Assembly (NCBI RefSeq): GCF_022539665.2
Contig: NC_081333.1
Coordinates: 1,736,001-1,800,000, forward strand
Length of the DNA stretch: 64,000 bases
Source of the DNA: Daphnia carinata
Lineage: Eukaryota
Direction of reading: 5' to 3'
Positions 25,186-39,000 of the stretch are shown one piece after another (within the stretch, counting starts at the first letter, position 1; every line of letters starts with the position of its first letter). A program made the position numbers and the translations under genes. Under the pieces are notes generated by a model that did no database searches, was not told where the DNA came from, and saw only the letters and a list, made by a program, of their open reading frames with translations.

Positions 25186-28100
25186 CTATTCTTTGCTGAC
25201 TATGGGCAAACTGTTATCTTTGTCGGCTAGAAGAGTTTTGAGCGGAACGTAATCTCGATCCGGCACGGCTGTCGTCGTCTGCGCCTGCATTCCGTAGGTT
25301 GCAAGGTCGCCGCCGACTAATCGCAAAAGTAAAAAAGAAAAAAAAAAAAAAAAGATAAATAAATAGAAAAAGGTCGAAAAAGAAAAAAAAGGGACATCAC
25401 CATAAATAAAAAATAAAACAAAAAGAACAGAATGCAACAGAAAGAGCTAACAAGTTGTTGTCCCGCGTTCATCGTACATGTAGGACGACCTTAACGGATG
25501 CAAAAAGGTAGTCTTTTAAGTCTAAAAAGAAAATAGTCAGGGAGGCTAGTTCACCTGCCAACTTGGCCTCGTCCTTGGTTGCCAATTGTGAGGCAAGTGA
25601 TGTTTCTTGGCGATTCATCTTCCGGCAGGGCCAGCAGCGGGACGGATTGCAAGCGCGACAGCAACAACTTCGGCCGCATTGGCCTCTCAACAGGACGTAG
25701 ATGAACGGGTCGAGTACAAAGTTGAGGGCAATGCAGACGTCGGCCACTCGAAAGAAGACTCGCTCTTGGTGATTCGGATCGGCTAAACCAACCGGAATGG
25801 CCACCTATTGATTTTAATCAGCGATAATTTGCAAAAAAAAAAAACAGAAAACAAAAACAATCCATTATATAACGGATAAAAAACTTTCTTTTTTTTTTTC
25901 TTCTTAAATTGAACTCAACGGAACGAAAAAAAGAAAAATACAAAGATTGTGCAAACAAGAAGAGGATAATCGGTTTGATTCTATAAAAACGTTGCCGTTG
26001 TGATGGTGATTGATTTATAGCATTAAAGGGCTCTTTATCACACTACATCGCAGACGTTTCAGTTAAGGCCAGAATTTGTTCCGTAGAGTAAGCCGCAAAC
26101 ACACACATCGAATGTTCCGTGCCGAAAAAAAAAAAAAAAAGGTTCATGCAACATGGCCATTCTTGTTCACCCATAACGATGTCGTGAATTTGAATGCCAC
26201 ACGAAGCTGCCCCGCCAAATGAAAAAAAAAAAAAAAGAAAGAAAAGAGTGTCTATTATAATACACCGTGGAGGCCCGCAGTCTCTCAGGTTTCAACGGAG
26301 AAAAGGCATTTCTGACAGCTCGAACGAAAATCAAAAAAAGAGAAATAAGGAATTACGTATGCGGCCCGACCATCATTCTCTATCAAGAGAGAGGAGACTA
26401 TCTTCGGTGAGCATCGCTTTGCCGCAAATTTTCAATGGCAACTTGATTGAAGTTTCAATCCCCGCAAAGCATTTCGTGTGTTGCAACTGAAATATTCCAC
26501 GTCAACAACAAAACAAACTGATAACCAGTCCTGACTTTTCTTTTTTTTTTTTTGTCTGACTTCCGATTATGGTTCGGTTGTTTGGTTCCCATTTACAATA
26601 TTAAAATGGGATTTCAAACTAAGAAAGAAAAAAATAAAATAAAGTAAGAGGAGACTGTCACACTTGCCCTGGGCCAGTGACTATATGTTCGATAGCATAC
26701 AAGTTTAAAGGCCTGACATCGAATGAAGTGATATACGGCAATCTCTCTGGCACATGATACCACGAAATCCCCTCCGATCTTCCCCTACAGCATGACAAAA
26801 AAAAAAATGAATAAAAATAAATAAGAACGTACGAAAAAAAAAAAAAAATAAATAAATAGAGCCGAGACATTATAGATAAAATGTAGCCGAGTCTCTCACG
26901 CCGGACATCCGATACCACCGAAGCTTTCACGATACATTGAAAATCAATTATATATACATTCAACCCAGCAACACATAGAGCCCGTGCGGAACGATTTTTT
27001 TTTTCAAGAAAAAAAAAGAAAGAAAAAACGTTTGGCTTCGATACATACATCAGCCTCGTGTGCACATTCATGTATTTATGCTCGTATGTAGAGGTATAAA
27101 TAATAGAAAGAAAAAACGGGGGGCGCTCTTCCATGACAAGGCGATCACGAAGCAGCAGCAACACGATAGAGGTCATTATGCATACAACACTTAAAGCGAG
27201 GGGGCTTCGAGCTTGTACGACTTTTCTAAGCGTCTGGCGTCCTTGCGCTTATGCGACTAATGGTCACGGTCGTCGACGGTTGACAGAGGCCAACAGTTGG
27301 CCTCTGATATAGTTTTCTTCTTCTAAATACTAAAACAGCATTGAATGTATACCGGCTGTCACGATGAAAACGTGAAACCTCGCAATAAATTACCGAACGA
27401 TGGCTTTTTATCTGTGTCGCCTGGCCTCTAACGTTTTGGCTGCGGACAAAGTGCCGCGTTCGGGATACCCAATATTCAACTCTCTCTCTATCCTTTTTGT
27501 TTGTTTTTTCTCTCTGTTTTAATCAAACACCACTCGAGGTTGATGTAACATTATTTACTCTTAAAAGAAAAGGGAAGAAAAAAAAAAGAAGCAAGTCTCT
27601 TTGCATATAACTGGGACGGGGAATGTCGGTAGACAAGGGCGATCGGTTTCGGGACGAAAATGCCGCTATTCTGCGTCGAACTCGAGAGCTACTATTAAGA
27701 GTGGCACAATTTTTTTTTGTCCTTAACTTTACGCGTTCTAAAATGGAAGGGACATACGATACGTTAGACCTGATCCCCATGATGAGGCAGTTAAATGTTT
27801 ATTAGCCTACATCAAATGTCTGCCGTGCGATGCGCACTGACATGGATATAAGGATGACTCTATTTTTTTTGTGATTCTTACTAATTGCGGAATCCAGCAG
27901 AGGACGTAAAAAATGCAGAGGACGGCCATCAAACGGGCGAATTTGATCTCCTCTTGCGTCTGGTGATTGGTACCGTGATGTCGGTGACGTCGTCGCGACG
28001 CTGAAGAACTGGCCGAGGAGTCCCTTTGTCGGACGCTCAGATGATGGCGACTCGTCGAGCTGTTGGAGAACGAACTGTTGTCCAGCTCGATGCTCTGACG

Positions 28101-31100
28101 CACGGAGAACGAGTCGTGCAGACGGTTCGTTTGTTTGTCCCTTAACGGCTGATGTTGATTTCCGGTGGTGGGCATTTCGACCGGATAGCGGGTCAATCTG
28201 CGATTGCCGCTCCGACGATTCATCTGGTAGAGCGCCTCGATTACACCGAGATTGCACGCAACAATCAGGACGCACATGGTCAAACCTAAGGGCAACGCAC
28301 ATGCATAAAAATCAATGACGTATGTCAAAATGATTTATTTAAAAAAAAAATTCATTTCAAGGTGAGTTGGCGCACCGAAACCGAACCAAATGTAGGCGTA
28401 GGCGATGTCGTCTGGAGTCGTACCGAACCGGTATCTGTTTTTGTTTGTTTTGTTTTTTTTTTGCGTTTTTTTTGCGTTGCAAAATTGAATCAAAGAAAAC
28501 AAAATCAATCAATCATGACATGTTGATACACGAAAACAAAAATGTAAGCCAAATGCGCGCTTTTCTTTATTTTTTTTTACCTGGTACATCGCTTCCATCC
28601 AACTTGGGACGTGTCGTAGTAGAGACCGAAACCGAAAAACGGCAAACAGGACAGTATCGTGACCAGAATCCATAATCCAAAGATTGAACTCTGAATCCGG
28701 CGATATGTCACCTTCTGTAATGTTTTTTTTTGTTTTGTTTTGTTTCAATTTTTATGATTTCAAAAAAATAAACAAAAAAGAAAATCAATAAGAAAAATCA
28801 CGTATTGTTATCAAAGCACATATACACAGCAAACACAGTGCTGGGATTTGCCTAATGTTTTTTCCCCTTTTGCACGCAAAAATAATGCGTATAACATATC
28901 GTTTAGCGATTACATTGTTGTATAGTGCTCGTATCCATTACCGGTGGTGTACAGACGCACAGCGTGGAATACCAAATCGATTTGCGTGTGTTCTCCTATT
29001 CACTTTCAACTGCCTTGTTTTACACAGTGGGTAACTACAGTTTGTACAGTAACGGATGCCCTGTTGTGTTTTACAACAGGCCATCGGTTTTCGGCCCTCA
29101 TTTGACAACAAGAAGAAGCTGTACAAAAGTCTGCCACACACATGCTGTATTGTTTTTCCCCTTTCCGCCCCGATATATATGTGTGTGTGTACTTGCCAAA
29201 GTCTGTGGGGTCCGACCCGGCGCTTTTATATACCAATCTATAGACTACCTTCACTATATAGACTGATTGAACGTATAGGCGGATCGATATCGTCAATGAT
29301 CTTCGTCGACATCTAAACCGGGCATAGAGCAGTATAAAAGACGCTTTTAAAATCGGTTTGATGTGCCCGGGTTTTTTTCTTTTATAGACAGACGGCATTG
29401 AGCCAAATTTACTCTGGCGGAAAAAGAGCTAGCAAATAAATTATGATGATTTTTTTTTTTTTTTTTTCAAAGGTGGTCTTTTTATGTAGTTTAAAAAAAG
29501 AAGAAGAGGTTGAATTCTATCACCATCGCGAATGATGTATCAGTTTTTTACGATTCATCCAACACCACTAGACGATTACTTTGTATATAGATCTCGAAGG
29601 ACGCACAGAAGCGGCCAACTGCGTTTGATGAATGAAGATTCTTTTCAATTTTCATGTTGTCGTTGTTTTGTTTTGTTTGTTGGTTCGAGAGAGGAAAAAC
29701 TACTCGTGTCTGCATAATGGCAACACATATATCTCAGTCTGGATAACACGCACCTATTACGGGGAGGTCAGGCCTAAATATGGATTGCGCCATATACTCG
29801 CACGGGGCTGCATCTATAATAACACTAGCACCCCAACTTGTGTGTGTGTGTGTGTGTTCTGTATTACGTCGGCAAAGAAAAAAAACAACAAAAAACAAAA
29901 GACGAAAAGCATCAATTTGACCCTGACTATAGAGGCAATAAGCTTTGAAGAGAAAAGAGGGCATGTTCAAGTTGTTGCCGCATTCTCAGCCGACTGGCCC
30001 ATGCTGCTACTACTATACTACTATACACTATCGTTATCGATAAAAACTAGTGTGTCTATATTATACGTCGTACCTATCTATTTTTCTGCCCAATTGAAAA
30101 AAAAAAAAGTTTGTTTCTGGCCTGGCATAAAATGAGCACCGTTTTATGCACAACACACACACGAGCGGCAGGGTAGCCTATAGTATATATTTAAAGCACT
30201 ATAATAACAGTCTGAGCGAATCGGCTTGGCTCGATGCCTCTGCATGTGTGTGCCGGTATTATCGATATACGATTACCGTTTGATAGACGAAAGGTTTGGT
30301 GAGAGCGAACCATCGCTCGACGGCCATGGCCAAGGCGACGCATCCCGAGCCGAGTCCGAAAGCGCGCCAAAAGACGCGGACGCCGCAAAAGTACGGCGTC
30401 AGCACCCATCTGCTGGGCATGTAGAGTTGCAAGTGCATCTGGATGGCGCTTCCCGTCACGGCCAGTAGGTCGTTCCACGCTAGGCACTTGAGCATCAGCG
30501 TTTGACGCTTGTTGCGCGCCGTCTCGTTCCGTCCCAACATGATCAGGGCGCCTACGTTACCAGAGATGCCGAACATGTAAAAGACCGTCAACAGCGCCTG
30601 TTTTGTTGTTGTTACATAAACAAGATTGGAAAAAGAAAAAAAAAAGGGAAGAGGAATTTAAAAAAATAAATAAATAACATGTCAGTTTTTTTTTGTTTGT
30701 GCTTCTTTACTCGTTTCCGCCCTTCATATTTTTTTCAATTACGATATACTAAAGTGAAAGAAAGCTCTTGCATTTTTTCCCGTAGATATTAGACGGAACC
30801 GGCATCATTAGTCAAGAATCTGCTGTCATTGCAAATCTAATAATTCTCTTCGCTAACGTCTTAACACAGGCAGTTTGTGTATCGCTGAGGAAGCCGAGCT
30901 CCCATAATGTCTGATACACATGATTGATGATCGCTTGAGCCAGGACTCACACACAGGGTGCACAAGCGAAATGCTTTCAAAAATGGTTATGCTGGCCATT
31001 GTTTTCTATCACCACCATACACGTCTAGGGCAATGTGCCGGACCATTCCTACCAATCAGTCTTCTCCTTTGCGGAAATTGAAGCCAAAAGCAGCGAGAGA

Positions 31101-31772
31101 GAGAGAGAGAAAATGTAGACAATAACAAAAGCAAAAAAAAAAAAAAAAAAAAAGACATGGACAAAAAAAACAAAAAAAACAAGGGCATGATAATATATAT
31201 ATCACGCAAAAGAACATCAAGAAAAGGCAACAACAACAACAACAACAAAAAAAAAAAAAAAAAGACGAACGAGTTGCTGCTCTTTCTTAGTGACACGATT
31301 CCTCCCGACTGTTCGGACTTGACCACCCAACCACTAATTTATAGCTGCCGATAACGTACAGCAAGAAAACGAACGAAACAAACAAAAAAAAGGAGAAAGA
31401 AAACAATGAGAGTGGTTGGTCCGTTATGTGCTAACACATCCAGTACGTCTTTTTTTATCCCGCACGTGTCTCTTTATATAGCGTGACGGTGAACTTGTTC
31501 AGTGAACTTATAGAGGTGCGCCGTAAATAAGGTTTTTATGTGACAACGATGATCCTTCGGTGCCCAATTAATTTTCATGATGGACGTACCTGCACGGATG
31601 GATTCAAGTGTCGAACGCTGCTGACGTTGGTGACGCTGGTGATGCTGCTGACGTTGCTGGCCGTTTCGTTGCGCGAAATCACAAACGACGAAGCGATCGA
31701 TAGAAAGTCAGCCGCAGCTTCAGTAGCCGACTGGAAAACATTGTCGTTCTCGAGGAGATCCTTCGTATCCAT
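25186..31772 (-). CDS. Prostanoid (prostaglandin E2 EP4/EP2-like) rhodopsin-class GPCR, 7 coding exons over long A/T-rich introns
   Basis: Exons ~31772-31589 (N-glyc sites), ~30597-30277 (GISGN, LAWNDLL, MAVERWFALTKPFVY), ~28711-28582 (LPFFGFGLY), ~28434-28376, ~28286-27882 (ACNLGVI, QEEIKFARLM, CWIP), ~25804-25555 (NFVLDPFIY), ~25317-25186. DPxxY is typical of prostanoid receptors. Confidence 0.85.
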
Positions 31773-34700
31773 GGTGATTTGGAGACACTCAAAACAGCTG
31801 AGAGAAGGCACAGTTTTTTTCCCCGCTGTTGGAGGTTATGTTTTTAATGTTCCCCCCCTTTTTTTTTTTTTTTTGCGTTTCCTTTCGCTATTTTTTTTTC
31901 CCCGTGAGTTGAACTGAAGGTGTGTCGTCCATCAACTGTCGCGCACTCCGCCCACTCTTCAATTGAGCACCCCCCCGCTTCGCATCTGCTTCTTCTTTTT
32001 GCGCTTTCTGCGAAGAAGAAATAGCTATCAAAAAAGCTGTAGCGGGTGGATGTATCGCGAACCACTTTTTACGGGCCAGCCATCACATTAGCATCCAGCA
32101 TATTTACGCAGCGAGGTGCGCTCAACTTTCAGAACGTGCGGCTCTTTTCTTTTCTTTTTTTTTTTTCTTTTTTTGACTATTATTTTATTATTCGTCGCTG
32201 AAGCGCCGAGGTTGTCGTCGATATATGAAGAATTTTTTTTTATTCGTCAGTCACTGACGATAGGGTACATACATATAGAGGAAATGGACGGGAAAGTGTT
32301 TGCTTGGTTCCTTATGTATTTTTGGTTGGCTTTGAATTGACGTCTTTTTCTTTTCTCTATAGGTATAACGCGAAAATAAAAAAGAAAAATAATAAATAAA
32401 TAAATAAATAAAAAAAAAAGAATAGAAAAAGAAAAAAAAAATCAACGCCAAAAAAAAAAAAGAAAGAAAGAAACGCTTTGATTGCCAAAATTGCTGCTGA
32501 CTTTCTTTTAACAACAGAGGCAATCGCTAGCTATAGCGGCAGGACAGGACGACGAGGAACGGCAGGGCTCATTTTCATTGGGAAAGATTCTAATGCCGTT
32601 ATATTGTCCTCCTTGGCTGCAACATCGCTCCGACGTCCCCCGCACATCCTAAATAAGGAAAACAATGTAGATAAAAAGTGTCCCTCAATGTTGCGTTTTT
32701 TCTTGCGCGTACGTGTGTACGCGCAAATTCTTTTCTCCTTTTTGTTTTGTTTTTCCTCTAAATTAGCGCTAGTTTTTTTTTTTTTTTTTGTCCTTTCAAT
32801 TTAAAGGACTTATGAAAATATGGTGCGATACCATCATCGCGGTAGATGTCCGCTTATTAGCATCGAATTCGATGCAAGCGCCTTGTACCTTTTTTTTTTG
32901 TTTTTTATGCGCTATCCGTTGAAACGAAAAGGGGGGGGGGGGATGAGTAAAAAAAAAAAAAAAGAGAGACGAGTCATTTCATTTTCTCAGTGACCAGCAA
33001 ACGAAAAGGGAAGCCCATGCCAAAAGGAATTAGTGACGGGCCATTGTGCGCCGCCGCCGTTCGTCGCAATCCCAATGGCGTAAGTAACACCGCAAACGAT
33101 TTCGTTTGTTATCGCGAGTACGGGAGGGGGGAAGTCTTCAATTTTAGCCGGGGCAAAATGTGTGAGAGCCATCACAAGTTAAAGAAACAAGTCGAAGGCC
33201 ACATCACTCTAACTTGCCTGTAATCTTTCGCAAACTCAAACTGCTATGCAGGATACGTAGTATATGCAATGAGCCTCTTATGGCTATAAACTAGATGGCT
33301 TGGATCGAAGCTCTTTGAAACTAGCCAAGCAAACGGTCAAGAGAATTCAGACAATCGAAATGGCCAAGAAACTTTGTTGTTGTTGTTGTTGTTGTCTTTC
33401 CCTTTTTTTCCGATAAAAATGGGGGCTGCGCACATTGGTGGCTCATCAGCACTTTGGTGTCCCCCTTTTTTTTTTTTATCCGGCGCAGACCCCTGTCCAC
33501 TTTAAATTCCAGGAGCAAAAGGGTGTGACTTATTAGTCACTTGGGCTTTCGAGTGTAATAGATTACGATGCCGCTTTTGCCGACAGGTAAAATAAACGCG
33601 TGCAGGTATTATCGTTTCCTTTTTGTTTTCTTTTTCTCATTCCAATTCGTTTTCTTTTTTTTTTCCGAAATGACATAGACCAACTATGCACATAGACTCG
33701 GTTAACTCCGTATTTAAAAACACATTCTCGACTAAATATACAGGACGCTGAGAGGCAAAATAAATGGCAGACAATAGTCAGCCTTGTTTTACGCGAAACG
33801 AGTAGATCAAAAAAGGGAAGGAGAGTATGTTCTCGCATACGAGATTTGTTGACAATGGATGGATTTGCCATGATGGATCTGTTCATCTTGTCAACTCCTA
33901 TCGCTTCTCTTTTTTTTTTTTTTTTTTTTTAAGCGTACCACTCCTTTTTTTTCTTGTTGTTTTGAGAGAGAGAGAGAGAGAAAAAGAAATGCTGCTTCCT
34001 CTTTTGAATCATGTTTTCGTTCAATCCGGTCTTTTGTTTTGTTTTCGTTTTCCCCCTTACCGCGCACTCCATCTCTCCGTTTGAAGACCACGCGGGACTA
34101 AATGATATACGCCATAATAGTTGATTGTGAGCAAACTAGCCACAATGTACTGGCGGTTATTTTTTTTTTCTTCTACAATCTCTTTTTTTTTTTAAGGTTT
34201 TTATTTGTTTCTTTTATTTTCAAATAGAGGCAAATCTATTTGAAATTGAAACGGCTCTACACGGCGTATCAATCTAACATTGGAAGCTAGCCGTCGTAAA
34301 AGAAAAAGTCATTATGTTCTTTATTGACACTGACGGCCGAGCGAATTGCTATCTCGCTTTCAATGACAACATCCTTCATCTCTTCTGTAAAGGTCGCATC
34401 ATCCAATCTCTTTGTTGCTTTCACCCTCGAAACCATAAAAAAAAAGTGCATAAACGTAACCGAACGATAAAAAAAAAAAGAAGAGGAGAGAGAGAGACTC
34501 ACCTCGCACCTCAAGTTGCCATTTGTTCCGTCCAAATGCAAGTCCAGCCGTATAGATAGCGTCCAGCTGAAATGCGGGTGCGCTGGGTCTTTAGTCGTTA
34601 TTCAAGTCAAACGAAAACAAAACACGAAAATTGTCCAATGTCCCCCCTCCTCCCCCCCCCCTCTCACTGACGAAACAAGAATTAAAAAAAAAACAAAAAA

Positions 34701-35791
34701 AAACAGCGCACACACACAAACTCTATTTTTAATTTTCGAAAAAGAGTTGGTGATGTAGCGGCGACGCTTATATCAAGCGGCAGTTATATATATACGGAAA
34801 TAAAGAACTGCGTGTGGGTGATTTTATTTCTTCTCGCAACTGGACGTCTGCCCGAAGAAAACAAAAAAGGCACACAATAACAAAAAGAAAACTAGCGAAA
34901 ACGAATAGTAGTAGCACGAAATACAGAGAACAGCCAACTGAAGCTGAACTGGGTAGAAATCTCCCGCTATATACCGCCCAACCCAGCAACAACCAGCGGC
35001 GCGACGGCGATATCGGCAGCACCTCCCGAGCCCACCCAAAAGAATCGGCCCTTTTCGGCCATCGAGCAAGAAGCTCGCACTGCGCCCCATACCCAAATGC
35101 TCCCAAATTGACTAAATCGCAATGATGAAACTTTCAGCGCTCGCCACCGATAGATCAACGTGCCCTGTCTGGTTTATTTTACTGACGACATGCTGGAAGT
35201 CGTTACAGTTCCCGCCATTGACGAAGCGCTTATCTGCTGTCATCAGTAAGACGTGAAAGACTCGACAAAAAGGAGAGATCCCTCCACCCTGTTTTTGCCG
35301 AAATAGGATACAGATATTCTAGTACCAACGACATGCTTCGTCGTTTGCATTCAAGAATAAACACGCTTGCTCTGACTCTCCAATTGAGAATTCCAAAAGA
35401 TTTCCTTGTCGACTTTGTGCGGATTGGCTCCAGTGATCTATCACTCTCACCAAGATTACGCAAGATTGATTCCGTTCTCACCTCGCAAACCGAGAAAAAG
35501 GTGTCATTTGATCATATCGGATTTCCTAGACACTTGTGACACTTCCAATTTTTTTCAACCGGCAAGTTTCTCTTTAAAATGTCATGACCATTAGTTTGCG
35601 TTAATTCATGTATGCCACAGTTCTTTTAGTCATTCGTGATAGACTCGCCAGGTAGCTTTTGAACGCAGAAGCTAATTAATTAAGTTCTGATTTAGAAGCG
35701 AGACCGGAACGAGAGTGGTACACAGTATGTATAACCGTCGCCAGGTGGCACCAATTCGAATCCACAACAACGGTTTAGCTGTCTGTTGCAA

Positions 35792-35802
35792 TTTGGCGCG
35801 AA
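35792..35802 (+). promoter_or_regulatory. E2F-type site upstream of SMC4
   Basis: TTTGGCGCGAA matches TTTSSCGC and is nearly palindromic. It lies ~210 bp before the ATG of a mitotic gene. Confidence 0.55.
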
Positions 35803-36010
35803 GCGTCCGTCTCTAGGGTTCTTCAAGGCTTGTTTTTTTTTTAGTTTCTTTCTAGTTTTATTTTACCTTTACAGTGTTCAGTTTCAACGTATTGGTAATT
35901 GTTCTTTGAAAGTAACACACTTTTGTGAAAAATTGACGAAGTTTTGCCTGTAATAATACAGTGCTACTTTTCTGACAGATTCCTAAAAACAATAACAGTA
36001 CATAAACAAA

Positions 36011-39000
36011 ATGCCACCTGGAAAAAACAGACTAGTTAGCGAGGAACCTGTGGTAGAAAAACGCAGGAAAAAAAGTCATGAACCTACAACTGACCAATTA
36101 AAAGATCCAGATGCTGATGTTGAATCAGAAGCTGAAGATGTAGAAGAAGACGAGTATGGGGATGCTGGAACTCGTATTGGAGGTATATACATCCCACCAC
36201 GCCCAACCCCAGCATGTACTATGGATGCCAATGGACCACGGCTGGTTATCACTCATATAGATAACATCAACTTCAAAAGTTATGCTGGAAAACAAGTTTT
36301 GGGACCATTTCACAAAAGTTTTACCTCCATTATCGGACCAAATGGCAGTGGGAAAAGCAATGTGATTGACTCTATGTTGTTTGTGTTTGGATATCGTGCC
36401 CAGAAAATTCGTTCAAAAAGTGTTGCTGTACTTATTCACAATTCTGAAAACCATTCAAATGTGCAGAGTTGCTCTGTAGCAGTGCACTTTCAGTTGATTG
36501 AAGATATTAATGACAATGATTTTACTGTCATTCCCGGTTCACAATTTGTGGTGGCCAGAACAGCTTTTAAGGTAAGGGTGATTAATATTTTTTTGAGCCG
36601 TTATGTTTGTCCTGAAATCATTATTTGATATTAACATGCATCTCATTATCTTATGTTCAGGACAATTCATCATTTTATCAAATTAATGGAAAGCGTGTCC
36701 AGTTCAAACAAGTTGCCAAACTCTTGAGGAATCAAGGGATTGATTTGGACCACAATAGGTTTCTCATCTTACAAGGAGAAGTAGAACAAATCGCTATGAT
36801 GAAACCGAAAGCCCCAAATGAACATGAAGGCGGCATGCTTGAATTTTTAGAAGATATTATTGGATCATCAAGGTAAGCAATAATAAATTTTTACAAATTT
36901 AAGAACATCATAATGTTCCTTTTTTCTGTTTTGCCAAAAGGTATAAAGAGCCCACCGAAATTCTTAGCCAAAGGGTAGAAACGCTGAATACCCAAAGGAC
37001 CGAGAAGCTAAACCGCGTTAAGCTAGTGGAAAAAGAAAAAGACGAGCTCGAAGGGCCCAAAAATGAAGCGATAGCTTACATTAAGTTAGAAAATGAGCAT
37101 GCTCAACATAAATTCAATTTGCAGCAAGTAAGAATAAGTCATGCAGTCCACTTTCTTTTTTTAAAAATAATTTTTTTTTGTTTCTTAGCTTTACCATCAC
37201 CAAGCGCTAAAAGTTATTGCCGACAGCGAACGAAAGAAAGAACAAGTGAACGAAGAAATGGGTGATTTGAAAAGCAGACTGGAAGAATTGACAAAATTCA
37301 AAGCTGAAAAGAACAAAGAATTTAAGGAGTGCTCCAAGGAATACGAAAACGCCCACGAAAAGCTCGAAAAATCGGTCGCTAAAGTTGCAAGTTTGATCAA
37401 GGAAGATGAAAAAATGGTTGAAGATTACAAGCTCATTAACACAAGCCGTAAAAAAGCCAAAGAAACAATCATCACTGAAAAAGCCAAATTGGAAGAGTTG
37501 AATAAAATTCCTGAAAAGAATACTAAGGAAATAGAAGAAATTGAAAAAGTGTTGGAAGACTTGGAGAAGAAAAAAGAAAAGGAGGAGAAACATGTCAACG
37601 AAATTATGGCAAATTTACAAACGGAAACCCAAGGACTTCAGGACGAAAAACAAAAGTTTGAATTAGAATTACTTCAACTTAAAGTAAATTGAAAGAATTT
37701 TTCCCGTTAAGTCCATAAGTTTACCAGTTTATTTTGTTGCACAATATAGAAAGCGGTCAACGAAACGCAGGCCCAGATGGACGTAGCCCAGTCCGAATTG
37801 GATATCTATCTAAGCACCGAGAAAAAAGAAAAGAGCAACCTTGACTCGATGAAAGAACAACTTGAAAAGGTCTCCACAACTTCTACAGAACGACGTCGTC
37901 ATCTTCAAGAACTCGAGTGTAACCAACCTAAATGGGCAAAGTCTCTCTCTGACAAACAGTCTGAATTACAAAAGGTACAGCTTGTATAATTATTTTTTAT
38001 TTATTTTTAACTTTAAAACATTGAAGTTTCATGTTATTGTGTCATAGATCACAAACGAAGATGCCCAGAAAAGTGAAGAACTTAGAAATATTCGTATCAG
38101 GCTGGAGCAAAGCAAATCGACTTTTTCTGCCAACAGTAGTCGGGGACGCGTCCTAGACAGCCTAATGGAGCAAAAACGCAAAGGAACGTTACCCGGCATC
38201 TTCGGACGTTTGGGTGATTTGGGGGCTATCGATGAAAAATACGATGTGGCTATATCTACGGGATGCGGTTCGTTAGACCATGTCCTTGTAGACACAGTAG
38301 ATACTGCCCAAAAATGTATTCAGTACCTGAAACAAGCCAACCTGGGAAGAGGCTCCTTCCTTGCTTTAGAGAAAGTGGTTAGTAATATACATTTAGATTT
38401 TATGCTTGTTGGATACAATCATTGAGTATTATTATTATAGCAACACCTGATGGATGCTGCCAATCGTTCAGTTGAATATCCGGAAAATGTCCCTCGTCTT
38501 TATGATTTGATTCGAGTCAAAGATGAGCGTGTCAAACCTGCTTTTTATCACGGAGTACGAGAAACACTCGTTGCAACGGACTTGGATCAGGCGACTCGCA
38601 TTGGTTATGGACGTGTACGGTATCGCATCATCACATTAAAGGGTGAGCACGAACCTGCAATATTCTTTTTTTCCTTGGAAACCTCAATTTAAACAAGACT
38701 TTTGCGTTGTTTAGGCGACCTCATTGAACCGGCTGGAACTATGAGCGGAGGAGGCAAAACTTGTCTCCGTGGGAAAATGGGCCGCAATGTGACTACGGAT
38801 ACCTCAGGTAGCGAGGTGTCGGCCAAAGATATTTCTTTAATGGAAGAAAAGATGCAGAAACTCAATGAGGAATGCAGCCAATTGCGTCAGAGAAGGCAAA
38901 CTCTTGAAGATGAATTGGTGGAATTGACGAAATCAACACGAGAAGGAACCACCAACCTTCAAAAATGGAAAATGGAAATTAAGGTAAAGTGTTAAAGAAG

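Noticed and set aside
24400..35600. Numerous short Phe/Lys-rich ORFs in the ORF track
   Set aside because: They arise from poly-A/T tracts and microsatellites in introns and UTRs of the GPCR locus.
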